DNA of 64,000 nt, taken from the NCBI GenBank assembly GCA_050183815.1, contig JBFXAY010000005.1, positions 26,861 through 90,860 of the forward strand, read 5' to 3'. A model generated the notes under the pieces. It was not told the origin of the DNA. It did no database searches and worked only from the letters and a program-made list of their open reading frames with translations. Shown here one piece after another: positions 19,079 through 27,433 of this stretch. Origin of the DNA: Gemmatimonadales bacterium. Its GTDB lineage: Bacteria > Gemmatimonadota > Gemmatimonadetes > Gemmatimonadales > GWC2-71-9. The stretch's first letter is position 1. Every line of letters starts with the position of its first letter. Position numbers and translations under genes: made by a program.

Positions 19079-19948
19079 CTAGGAAAGAAAACTTTCGAGA
19101 GCCTTGGAGCGGCTCACGTGGCGGAGCCGGCTCAAGGCCTTCTCCTTGATTTGGCGGACCCGCTCGCGGGTAATCCCGAGTTGGGCCCCGATTTCCTCGA
19201 GGGTCATCGGTTCCGGGCTGTCGAGCCCGAAATAGAGACGGAGGATTTTGGCCTCCCGCTCCCGGAGGCTCGACAGCACTTCCTCGATCGACTGGGTGAG
19301 GGCCCGTTCGAAGGTCTCGGCGTCCGGCCCGGGATTCTGGGTGTCCGGCAGGTAGTCCAGCAACCGGTTGTCCTCGCCCGGGGCCAGTGGGGCGTCGAGC
19401 GAGACGTGATTCTGGGAAATCGACAGGGTCTTTTCGACCTCCTCGACCTCGATATCCATCCCTTCCGCCACTTCGGCGGCCGTGGGTTCCCGGCCAAGCT
19501 CCTGCTGGAGGGCGGAACTCCGGCGGGTGATCCGGTGGAGCGTTCCGGCCCGGTTGAGCGGAACCCGCACGATCCGGCTCTGCTCCGCGAGCGCCTGGAG
19601 GATGGCCTGCCGGATCCACCACACGGCGTAGGAGATGAACTTGATGCCTTTGGTTTCGTCGAACTTGTGGGCGGCGCGAATGAGCCCGAGGTTGCCCTCG
19701 TTGATCAGGTCCGAGAGCGACACGCCCTGGTTCTGATACTTCTTCGCGACCGAAACCACGAAGCGAAGGTTGCTGCGGACCAGCTTGTCGAGCGCTTCCT
19801 CTTCGCCGACGTGGATGCGCCGGGCGAGCGTCACCTCCTCCTCCTGGTTGATCAGCGGATATCTGCTGATCTCGCGCAGGTAGAGATCGAGGGAGCCGTC
19901 GTCGGAGGCCGACCCGCCCCTGCCGGGGCCGACCCGAATCGGACGCAT
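19079..19948 (-). CDS. RpoD/SigA-family sigma-70 factor (short, group-2-like)
   Basis: Region 2 (LINEGNLGLIRAAHKFD, FISYAVWWIRQAI) and region 4 HTH (TLEEIGAQLGITRERVRQIKEKAL). Confidence 0.9.
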   Translation of the reverse strand: MRPIRVGPGRGGSASDDGSLDLYLREISRYPLINQEEEVTLARRIHVGEEEALDKLVRSNLRFVVSVAKKYQNQGVSLSDLINEGNLGLIRAAHKFDETKGIKFISYAVWWIRQAILQALAEQSRIVRVPLNRAGTLHRITRRSSALQQELGREPTAAEVAEGMDIEVEEVEKTLSISQNHVSLDAPLAPGEDNRLLDYLPDTQNPGPDAETFERALTQSIEEVLSSLREREAKILRLYFGLDSPEPMTLEEIGAQLGITRERVRQIKEKALSRLRHVSRSKALESFLS

Positions 19949-20042
19949 GCTAATGTTCGCCTCTGCCGGTCAACACGAATTCGCCTCGAACCTAGCCACC
20001 GCCGCCGGGGCGGCGCAACAGCCGACGCGCTGGCGGCGGCCC

Positions 20043-20058
20043 GCCCGGCGAACCGGGC
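20043..20058 (-). terminator. GCCCGG-UUCG-CCGGGC tetraloop hairpin downstream of the aldehyde dehydrogenase gene
   Basis: Perfect 6-bp stem with a UUCG loop on the minus strand, 22 nt after the stop at 20080. No U-tract. Confidence 0.3.
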
Positions 20059-20079
20059 ACCCGCCGCCTCCCGCGCCGG

Positions 20080-21570
20080 TCAGTCGTAGTTGTCGATCTG
20101 GGCCCGCTGCAGGGTGCCCGAGTAGTCCACGTAGCAGACCTTGGTCTCCGAGAAGAAGTGGTAACCCTCCCAGCCGACTTCCCGGTGACCGTTTCCGGTC
20201 TGTTTGATCCCGCCGAACGGCAAATGGGCCTCGGCACCGATGGTCGGCGCGTTCACGTAGGTGATGCCGTTGTCGAGCTCCTCGAGCGCCCGGAAGCCGA
20301 GATTGACGTTCCGGGTGTAGAGCGAACTGGAAAGCCCGTACTTCACGCCGTTGTTGATCCGGACCGCCTCGTCAAAGGTGGAGAACCGGATGACGCTCAG
20401 CACGGGGCCGAAGATCTCTTCCCTCGCCACCCGGTGCGACGGTTTCACGCCGGCCAGAATCGTCGGCCGGTAGAACCAGCCGCCCCGATACTTCTGCCCG
20501 CCGGCCCGCTTGCCGCCCAACACGATCTCGGCACCCTGCTCTTCCCCGACACCCACGTAGTACTCCACCTTCTCCCGCGCGGCTTCGTGGATCAGCGGGC
20601 CGACCTGGGTGCGCGACTCCCGGCCGTCCCCCAGCACCAGGCCGGACGCCGCATCGACGAGCCGCCGGAGGAACCGGTCGTGCACCTTCCGGTGCAGCAG
20701 GAGCCGACTGGTGGCCGTGCACCGTTGTCCGGTCGTCCCGAACGCGCCCCAGAGCACCCCGTCGAGCGCCAGGTCGAGGTCGGCATCGTCCATCACGATC
20801 ATGGCGTTCTTGCCGCCCATCTCGAGCGACACCCGCTTGTGCATCCGGCCGCACGTCTCGCCGACGAAGGCCCCGGTGATCGTCGATCCGGTGAAGGAAA
20901 TCACCGGCACGCCGGGATGCTCGACCAGGGCCTTCCCGACAACCTCGCCCCGGCCATGGACGAGCTGGATCACCTCCGGCGGGAGCCCGGCCTCCAGGAG
21001 AATCTCGACCAGCAGATGCGATGTATGGGGGACGTCTTCGGACGGCTTGAGCACCACCGAGTTCCCGCACAGCAGAGCCGGAAACATCTTCCAGGTCGGA
21101 ATCGCGAGTGGAAAGTTGAACGGCGTGATGAGGCCGACGACGCCGATCGGCCGGCGGTAGCTCATCGCCCACTTCTTCCGGAGTTCCGACGGCACCACGT
21201 GCCCGAAAAGGCGCCGTCCCTCCGAGGCGGCGTAGTACGCCGTGTCGATCGCCTCCTGGACGTCACCCCGGGTTTCCGCGAGCACCTTGCCCATTTCCCG
21301 GGTCATGGCGTTGGCGAGCGCTTCCTTGCGATCGACCAGGAGATCACCGATCCGCCGCAGCACGTCGCCCCGGGCCGGCGCGGGCACCTTCGACCACCGC
21401 TCGAAGCCGCGCTGCGCCGCCGCGACCGCCCGATCGAGATCCGCCTCGGCGGATTCGGGGAACCGCCCGATCAAGTCGCGCGGATTGGCGGGATTCCGAT
21501 TCTCGACATAGGTCGCGGTCGACGGAGCCACCCAGCGACCGGCAATGAAGTTCTTGAAGTTCTTGGCCAT
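20080..21570 (-). CDS. NAD(P)-dependent aldehyde dehydrogenase
   Basis: Catalytic Glu (LEMGGKNA), catalytic Cys (GQRCTATSR) and FTGST motif. Confidence 0.9.
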   Translation of the reverse strand: MAKNFKNFIAGRWVAPSTATYVENRNPANPRDLIGRFPESAEADLDRAVAAAQRGFERWSKVPAPARGDVLRRIGDLLVDRKEALANAMTREMGKVLAETRGDVQEAIDTAYYAASEGRRLFGHVVPSELRKKWAMSYRRPIGVVGLITPFNFPLAIPTWKMFPALLCGNSVVLKPSEDVPHTSHLLVEILLEAGLPPEVIQLVHGRGEVVGKALVEHPGVPVISFTGSTITGAFVGETCGRMHKRVSLEMGGKNAMIVMDDADLDLALDGVLWGAFGTTGQRCTATSRLLLHRKVHDRFLRRLVDAASGLVLGDGRESRTQVGPLIHEAAREKVEYYVGVGEEQGAEIVLGGKRAGGQKYRGGWFYRPTILAGVKPSHRVAREEIFGPVLSVIRFSTFDEAVRINNGVKYGLSSSLYTRNVNLGFRALEELDNGITYVNAPTIGAEAHLPFGGIKQTGNGHREVGWEGYHFFSETKVCYVDYSGTLQRAQIDNYD

Positions 21571-21661
21571 GAGATGCGCAGTGGTGTCGGGTCAGCCGGC
21601 TCGACATGATACCGGCCCGGGCAAGGTAGCCGCCCCGACACGGACGCGGGAGCCAAGCGGC

Positions 21662-22123
21662 TCAGGGACAGACCCAGGCCGCGACGCCCCTGGCGTATCC
21701 GATTCGCGGCAGGACCACCGCCGCCGCAAGGCCGAGGCCCCAGAGGAACACCAGCAGCGACACGACATGCGCCACGCCGATGCGCTGCCGCCAGCTCGTC
21801 ACCATCCCCCAGACACCGCTCAGCCCCACGACGCCGACGGCACCGAGGTAGACAAACAGTGCCGTTCCGCAGGCGTGGAAGTAGGGCCATTGCGTCATGG
21901 CCGCCGCGAGCACCACGCCGAGCCCGACCCGAAGCCAGGTGCCCAGCGCGCTGCCCCGGGGCACGGCCGCCCGCGGAGCGGCAGCCGCCGGCGCCTTGCC
22001 CCCGCCCGCCGCCGGAGCCACCGCCTTGGAACCGCCGCCCGGCGCCGGGGCCGGCGATTTCGCCATGATCTTGTCGATTTCCGCGAGTTCCTTGTCCCAG
22101 TCGCGGGGCTGTTCGGCGCTCAT
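21662..22123 (-). CDS. hypothetical membrane protein (cytoplasmic N-terminus, Pro/Ala/Gly linker, about 3 TM helices)
   Basis: GC3-rich ORF. Its ATG overlaps the stop of the sigma54 activator (ATGA). Hydrophobic segments WLRVGLGVVLAAAM, LFVYLGAVGVVGLSGVWGMV and VVSLLVFLWGLGLAAAVVL. Confidence 0.6.
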   Translation of the reverse strand: MSAEQPRDWDKELAEIDKIMAKSPAPAPGGGSKAVAPAAGGGKAPAAAAPRAAVPRGSALGTWLRVGLGVVLAAAMTQWPYFHACGTALFVYLGAVGVVGLSGVWGMVTSWRQRIGVAHVVSLLVFLWGLGLAAAVVLPRIGYARGVAAWVCP

Positions 22124-23481
22124 TGGGACTCCTTGGAGAGCTGGAAGCGCTCCATCTTCTTGTACAGGGCGGATCGGGGAATGCCGGCCGCTCGGGCGGC
22201 CTCGGCGATGTTCCAGTCCGCCTCCTGGAGTTTCTGCAGCAGGAAGGAACGCTCCGATTCCAGGCGGAACTCTTCGAGACTGCCGCCGGCCGACACCGGT
22301 TCCGCCAGCGTGATCGTCGAGGACGGGAGGAGGCGTTCCACATCGGCCCGACTGACGGTCCGGCCCTTCGACAGGATCAGCAGGCGTTCGACCGCATTGC
22401 GGAGCTCCCGGACGTTGCCCGGCCAGGGCCTGGACTCGAGCCGGCTCATGGCGTCCGGCGCGAACGGCTTCGCCACGATGCCCGCCCGGCCGCTCAACTG
22501 CTCGACGAAGTGCGCCACCAGCTCGGATACGTCCGACCGGCGGTCGCGCAGCGGCGGCACCACGATCGGCACCACGTTGAGCCGGTAGAAGAGATCTTCC
22601 CGGAACCGGCCCGCGCCGATTTCCGCCTCCAGGTTCTTGTTGGTGGCCGCCAGCACCCGGACGTCGACCTCCTGCGCCCGCCCCGAACCGATCCGCGTCA
22701 CGATCCCTTCCTGCAGCGCCCGGAGCACCTTGGCCTGGGCGGACAGCGACATGTCGCCGATTTCGTCGAGAAAGAGCGTGCCGCCGTCCGCGAGCTCGAA
22801 CTTGCCGGGCCGATCACCCACTGCGCCGGTGAAGCTGCCCTTCATGTGGCCAAAGAGCTCGCTCTCGATCAACTCGGTGGGGATCGCCGCGCAGTTGACC
22901 TCGATGAAGGCCCGCTCGGCCCGCGGGGACGCCTCGTGGATGGCCCGGGCAACGAGTTCCTTGCCGGTGCCGTTCTCCCCGAGGATCAGCACCCGGGCGT
23001 CGGTCGGACCGACTCGGGCGATGACCTCGCGGACTTCCTTGAGCCCGTCACTGGAACCCACCATCGGGTAGCGGGTATCGACGTGCCCCTTCAGCCGCTC
23101 GAATTCGCCCGACAGCGAGGCGTGGGACGTGGCGTTTCGCAGCGTGACCAGGAGACGGTCGGCGTCGAGCGGCTTTTCGAGAAAGTCGAACGCCCCGCGC
23201 TGCGTGGCCTGCACCGCCGTGGCAATGGTGCCATGGCCGGAAATCATGACCACGACCGCACCGGGATCGAGGGCCTTGAGGCGAGACAACACTTCGAGTC
23301 CGTCGAGTCCGGCCATCTTCACGTCGAGCAGGACCACGTCCGGACGGAAACTTTCGAACAGCGTGAGGCCCTCGCCGCCGGAACCGGCCGTACGCACGTC
23401 CCAGCCCTCGTACTCGAGCACCTGGCGGACCGCGTCCCGGATGGCCGCTTCATCGTCGACGATCAGCACCTTCGCCTTCAT
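22120..23481 (-). CDS. sigma54-dependent response regulator (NtrC/AtoC-type enhancer-binding protein)
   Basis: REC domain (VLIVDDE, LLDVKM), AAA+ domain (GENGTGKE, GSFTGA loop, ESELFGH, LFLDEIG) and a C-terminal Fis-type HTH. The ATG at 23481 is inside the longer 22120..23655 ORF. Confidence 0.9.
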   Translation of the reverse strand: MKAKVLIVDDEAAIRDAVRQVLEYEGWDVRTAGSGGEGLTLFESFRPDVVLLDVKMAGLDGLEVLSRLKALDPGAVVVMISGHGTIATAVQATQRGAFDFLEKPLDADRLLVTLRNATSHASLSGEFERLKGHVDTRYPMVGSSDGLKEVREVIARVGPTDARVLILGENGTGKELVARAIHEASPRAERAFIEVNCAAIPTELIESELFGHMKGSFTGAVGDRPGKFELADGGTLFLDEIGDMSLSAQAKVLRALQEGIVTRIGSGRAQEVDVRVLAATNKNLEAEIGAGRFREDLFYRLNVVPIVVPPLRDRRSDVSELVAHFVEQLSGRAGIVAKPFAPDAMSRLESRPWPGNVRELRNAVERLLILSKGRTVSRADVERLLPSSTITLAEPVSAGGSLEEFRLESERSFLLQKLQEADWNIAEAARAAGIPRSALYKKMERFQLSKESQ

Positions 23482-24116
23482 CGAGGTACCCCATAGAGCA
23501 CGGTCCCCCGCGGCGTGACCCGTACGCCGGTCACGCGCTGGTCGACGGGGAACGTGAGCGAAGTGCGCGCCCCCGGCAGCACCGCCGCGAGCAGCGGCTC
23601 CCAGAGCGGCCGGGGCAGCGGGACCCGGCTCACCGACACGCTGCTGATCCGCCACTCGCCGGTGCCGACCCGGAGCAGCCCGATCGGCCCGCCGACTTCC
23701 ACCATCCGGGGCCCCTCGAGCCAGTCGCGCAGCGGGCCCAGCGAATTCGCCGGCAGCCGGGCCGGATCGATCCGCCCCCGAAGGCTCACGGAGCCGTCAC
23801 CCAGCTGAACGCTCACACTGTCGGCCAGCGTGCCAAGGCGCCGGGCCACTTCCTCGACCACGAGGGCTTCGGTTTCCCGCGGGGAGAGCAACACCGAATC
23901 GGCGCGGCGCCGCACCACCGAGTCGAGGCGGGCTTCCGCGACCCGGATCAGTTGCGCCGGCGATTCCGCCTCGGCCGGGAGCGACCCGGGTTCGGCCGTC
24001 ATCTCGTGCACCCATCGTTTCACCTCGGCCCGGTGGGTCCAGGCCAGGTACCCGAGGGCAATCATGATCGCGAGGCCAAGGAGCCGGAACGGCAGGGTGA
24101 GACAGCCTTTGATCAC
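23478..24116 (-). CDS. hypothetical single-pass membrane-anchored protein
   Basis: GTG start overlapping the thpR stop (GTGA). TM helix LPFRLLGLAIMIALGYLAW followed by a ~180-aa extracytoplasmic domain with no recognisable motif. The stop overlaps the activator start (ATGA). Confidence 0.6.
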   Translation of the reverse strand: MIKGCLTLPFRLLGLAIMIALGYLAWTHRAEVKRWVHEMTAEPGSLPAEAESPAQLIRVAEARLDSVVRRRADSVLLSPRETEALVVEEVARRLGTLADSVSVQLGDGSVSLRGRIDPARLPANSLGPLRDWLEGPRMVEVGGPIGLLRVGTGEWRISSVSVSRVPLPRPLWEPLLAAVLPGARTSLTFPVDQRVTGVRVTPRGTVLYGVPR

Positions 24117-24664
24117 TGGAACCGGACCTCGTGACGAACCTGGTAGGTCGGCCCCGAGGGACCCAGTTCGCTCAGGAACAGCACCACCCGATCGGCCAGG
24201 AAGGCCGAACCCGGGCGGATCCGCTCCAAGGCGGTTTCCCAACTCGCCGGCAGCCGATGACCCTCGCGAACCCGGCCGAGGGTGACGTGCGGCCGGAACG
24301 GACGGCCCTCGGGGGGAAACCCGAGCTTCTCGGCACCCCGCTCGATTCGATCCTGCAACAACTCGAGACTGGGCTCCGAATCGATCGCGAGCGCCACCAC
24401 CCGCGGCCGCCGGGCCGTCGGCCATACCGTGGCGCCGGAGAACGACAGCGCAATCGGGCTCACGCCGCCGGCGGCGAACGACAGCATTTCGACGATCGCG
24501 TCGACCCGGTCCGAGGTGACCTCGCCGAAGAACTTGAGGGTGAGATGGGGACCATCTTCCCGGATCCAGCGAACCGGCCACTCGAGCTGCCGCAACGCGC
24601 GGAGGACCTCCGCCGTCTCGCCGCGGGCGGGCTCGGGCAACGGAATCGCGATGAACAGTCTCAT
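24113..24664 (-). CDS. thpR: RNA 2',3'-cyclic phosphodiesterase (2H phosphoesterase, ThpR/LigT)
   Basis: Two HxTx motifs (GPHLTLKF and RPHVTLGR); 183 aa. Confidence 0.85.
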   Translation of the reverse strand: MRLFIAIPLPEPARGETAEVLRALRQLEWPVRWIREDGPHLTLKFFGEVTSDRVDAIVEMLSFAAGGVSPIALSFSGATVWPTARRPRVVALAIDSEPSLELLQDRIERGAEKLGFPPEGRPFRPHVTLGRVREGHRLPASWETALERIRPGSAFLADRVVLFLSELGPSGPTYQVRHEVRFQ

Positions 24665-25455
24665 GTGGCGATCGGCAACAGACTCCCGCGCCGGTATCCG
24701 GCCGGGTCGAGGTCAACGTGCGGGAAGCCCAACTCGGCGAACCGGCCCTCGACTTCAGGCCACCGGGCGGCGAGTTCGGCCAGCTGATCACGGGCCACTT
24801 CGACCCGGGCCCGGGAGCCGTGGTGGCGGACCCGCAGGTCGCCCCGGATTCCGAGGGTACGGAGAAACGCCTCGCCGAGTTCCACTTGCCGGAGGCGGTC
24901 GGCGGTGACTTCCAGGCCGTAGGCTATCCGGCTCGACAAGCACGGCGCCGCGGGGGCGTCCCACACGGGCAGGCCGAGGTCCCGGGCCACGTCGCGTACC
25001 CGGGCCTTGTCCCACCCAAGGTCGAGAAACGGCGATCGGATGCCCCGCTCCCGTCCGGCGGCGGCGCCGGGCCGGTGGTCACCAAGGTCGTCGGTGTTGG
25101 TCCCGTCGACGATAGTGCCGAAGCCCCGCTCCGCGGCAATCCCGCGGAGCCGGCTCCAGAGCTCCGTCTTGCAGAAGTAGCACCGGTCAGGATTGTTGGC
25201 CCGGTACCGATCGTCGGAGAGCTCCTCCGTGGCCACCTCGAGCACGGGCACGCCGAAATCGCGGGCCACGGAACGTGCCGCCTCCCATTGAACGGCCGGG
25301 TAGGACGCGCTCCGGCCGATGACGGCCAGGAAGTCGGGACCGAGGACCCCCGCCCCGACCACGGCGAGCACCGCGGAGTCCACCCCGCCGGAATACCCCA
25401 GCAGGGTGCGGCCGGCCGCCCGGTACCAGTCGTCGAGTTCGTGCCGTGATGACAT
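24661..25455 (-). CDS. LarE-like PP-loop ATP pyrophosphatase (adenine nucleotide alpha-hydrolase)
   Basis: PP-loop YSGGVDSAVLA and CYFCK motif. The ATG at 25455 is inside the 24661..25518 ORF. No larB or larC in the window. Confidence 0.8.
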   Translation of the reverse strand: MSSRHELDDWYRAAGRTLLGYSGGVDSAVLAVVGAGVLGPDFLAVIGRSASYPAVQWEAARSVARDFGVPVLEVATEELSDDRYRANNPDRCYFCKTELWSRLRGIAAERGFGTIVDGTNTDDLGDHRPGAAAGRERGIRSPFLDLGWDKARVRDVARDLGLPVWDAPAAPCLSSRIAYGLEVTADRLRQVELGEAFLRTLGIRGDLRVRHHGSRARVEVARDQLAELAARWPEVEGRFAELGFPHVDLDPAGYRRGSLLPIAT

Positions 25456-25477
25456 GCCGGAAACGTAACGCTGAGGC

Positions 25478-25491
25478 CAGCTTCCGGAAGC
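25478..25491. promoter_or_regulatory. 12-bp perfect palindrome GCTTCCGGAAGC in the divergent larE-like/arfB promoter region
   Basis: Self-complementary sequence. The 13-mer CAGCTTCCGGAAG recurs at 34239-34251 in another intergenic region. Confidence 0.3.
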
Positions 25492-25523
25492 ATTTTTCGG
25501 CACCGCCGCTACATTCACGACCC

Positions 25524-25943
25524 ATGCCGCCGGCCTCCCGATTTCCGATTCCCGACGCGGAACTCGAGTTCCGGGCGAGCCGCGCGGGCGGCCCCGGTGG
25601 CCAGCACGTCAACACCAGTTCGACGCGGGTCGAACTGCGCTGGAACGTGGCTGGCTCAACGGCCGTGTCCGAGGCCCAGCGGACCCGGCTGCTCGAAGGG
25701 CTGGCCGGCCGGCTCGACGATGCGGGGTGGCTCCGGGTCGTCGCGGCGGATACCCGCAGCCAGTTCCGGAATCGGGAGCTCGCCCGCGAGCGGCTGGAGG
25801 CGCTGGTCGCCCGGGCCCTGGTCCGGCGAGCCGTTCGCAAGGCGACGAAGGTTCCTCGCGCCGCCAAGAAGAAACGGCTGGAGGCCAAGCGCCAGCGCGG
25901 CGCGCTCAAAGCCCAGCGGCGCCGCCCGGAGCGGGATGACTGA
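25524..25943 (+). CDS. arfB: alternative ribosome-rescue factor ArfB (peptidyl-tRNA hydrolase)
   Basis: GGQ motif (SRAGGPGGQHVNTSSTRVELRW) and a basic C-terminal tail (KKKRLEAKRQRGALKAQRRR). Confidence 0.85.
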   Translation: MPPASRFPIPDAELEFRASRAGGPGGQHVNTSSTRVELRWNVAGSTAVSEAQRTRLLEGLAGRLDDAGWLRVVAADTRSQFRNRELARERLEALVARALVRRAVRKATKVPRAAKKKRLEAKRQRGALKAQRRRPERDD

Positions 25944-26238
25944 GCGGCCGGTGGACGCGTGGCGCTACTTCGCCAGCCGCGAGGTCAGGGCGGCCCGCGC
26001 CTGGGCGGCGGACGGCGGCGTGGCGGTCCATGAGAATATCTTCAAGTCGCGGGGCCGCCGAACCTGCCACCTCCTGGCCGTCGACGAGACGACCCTGGTG
26101 GCCGCGGCCATCTCGGTGGGCTGCTCTCCGTGGTGGATTCAGCGAACCCGCACCCTGCATTTCGACCTCGTCGAGGTCCATCTCCACCGGGCGCTACTGC
26201 GCTGCAGCGTGGGGCCGGAGGTGCTCTACCGCGGCTGA
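25936..26238 (+). CDS. hypothetical protein, DUF4031-like
   Basis: GC3-rich 100-codon ORF that overlaps the arfB 3' end by 8 nt. CHLLAVDETTLVAAAISVGCSPWWIQRTRTLHFDL resembles the DUF4031 pattern, with HFD in place of the family's HYD motif. Confidence 0.5.
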   Translation: MTERPVDAWRYFASREVRAARAWAADGGVAVHENIFKSRGRRTCHLLAVDETTLVAAAISVGCSPWWIQRTRTLHFDLVEVHLHRALLRCSVGPEVLYRG

Positions 26239-26246
26239 GGCGGCGC

Positions 26247-26807
26247 CTAACGAGCGGCGACCTGGTCCCGGCGGGTGGCGAGCCGCCGTTCGAGATCGCC
26301 GGCCAGGCCGTCGATCCGGTCCCGGCCCGCGCCCACCAGGCCGACCACCGCTCGCACCAGCGGATTGCCGATGTCCCGCTCCTCGCGGATTTCGAGGCGG
26401 GTGCCGGCGGCGTGCGGTTCGAGACGGTACACCCAGCGGGTCCCCGGTGCGGCGTCAGCGGACCGGACCACCAGCCGGACCGGCGGCACCACCTCGACGG
26501 CCTCCAGGGCCGCCGTGCGGCCGTCGGCGCGAATCTCCCGCCACCGCACCGAGGCCGGCCCGCCGGGCAGGCGTTCGAGCCCGGCCAGGTCATGCCGCCA
26601 GTCCGACATCGCGTCGAGGTCGGTGAGCAGCTGCCAGATCGTTTCCGGCGACGCCGCCAGTTCGAGCCGAGCCGACTCGGCGTGGTGCCGCGGCAGGAAG
26701 AGCCCGACCAGCCAGAGGCCGACCAGCACCGTACCCGGCACCGCCAGAGACAGCCGCCGGAGCCGGGCCTGGCGGCGGCGCTGCGAACGACTCACAGGGA
26801 GTTTCAT
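26247..26807 (-). CDS. SRPBCC (polyketide cyclase/START-like) family protein with an N-terminal TM anchor
   Basis: Pattern ASPETIWQLLTDLDAMSDWRHDL...WVYRLEP...GTRLEIRE. ATGA overlap with the marR-family gene. Confidence 0.7.
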   Translation of the reverse strand: MKLPVSRSQRRRQARLRRLSLAVPGTVLVGLWLVGLFLPRHHAESARLELAASPETIWQLLTDLDAMSDWRHDLAGLERLPGGPASVRWREIRADGRTAALEAVEVVPPVRLVVRSADAAPGTRWVYRLEPHAAGTRLEIREERDIGNPLVRAVVGLVGAGRDRIDGLAGDLERRLATRRDQVAAR

Positions 26808-27262
26808 CCGGTTGGTTCCTCCGACGTTCGACGCCAGCGACGAATGGCGCGGGCCAACGTGGTCAGTCCCGCCACGCCGGCGGCCCGCTCGTCCGGCGTG
26901 AGTTCCTCAAGCAGCGACCGCACCCGGACCGGATCGAGCAGCGACCGGTCCCGAGCCACCTGCGCCCCGGCCGCCGTCAGCCGCACCAGCACTCGCCGCT
27001 TGTCCGCCGCATCCCGATCCCGCTGGACCATCCCGAGGCGGCCGAGGCGGTCGATCAGCAAGGAGACCGTGGGCATGGCGAGACCGAGCGTCTGGGCGAG
27101 ATCGCCGACGGTGCGGCCGTCCCGCTGGTCGAGGTGCCCCAGGACGGTGGCCTGGTGGGCGCTCACGACCGCTTCCCCGGCGGGCACTTCCCGCTGCCGG
27201 AGGGCGTGATGGATGACCGGGTAGGCGGCGAGCACCTGGGCGACGGCGTCGGCACGAGGCAT
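26804..27262 (-). CDS. MarR-family transcriptional regulator
   Basis: Winged HTH (TVGDLAQTLGLAMPTVSLLIDRLGRLGMVQRDRDAADKRRVLVRLT). The ATG at 27262 is preferred; an alternative GTG lies at 27277. Confidence 0.85.
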   Translation of the reverse strand: MPRADAVAQVLAAYPVIHHALRQREVPAGEAVVSAHQATVLGHLDQRDGRTVGDLAQTLGLAMPTVSLLIDRLGRLGMVQRDRDAADKRRVLVRLTAAGAQVARDRSLLDPVRVRSLLEELTPDERAAGVAGLTTLARAIRRWRRTSEEPTG

Positions 27263-27283
27263 GAACAACGATAGCACAATTAT

Positions 27284-27302
27284 TTTTATTTGTCAAATAA
27301 AA
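27284..27302. promoter_or_regulatory. AT-rich perfect inverted repeat TTTTATTTG-T-CAAATAAAA (candidate MarR operator / divergent promoter)
   Basis: 9-bp arms around one central base, inside a ~40-bp AT-rich island in an otherwise GC-rich window. Lies between the divergent marR-family and tonB-like genes. Confidence 0.5.
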
Positions 27303-27433
27303 TTATTGGGAAGATCCCGCCGCGCCAACACGTTGAGCGACAAAGCAAAGCCGTTCGCTGGGGTCGAAACCGCGCCTCCCTTGCCTCCGTCGGGACCAGT
27401 ACCGTAGAGTTGAATCGAAGGGAGTTGGACCAG

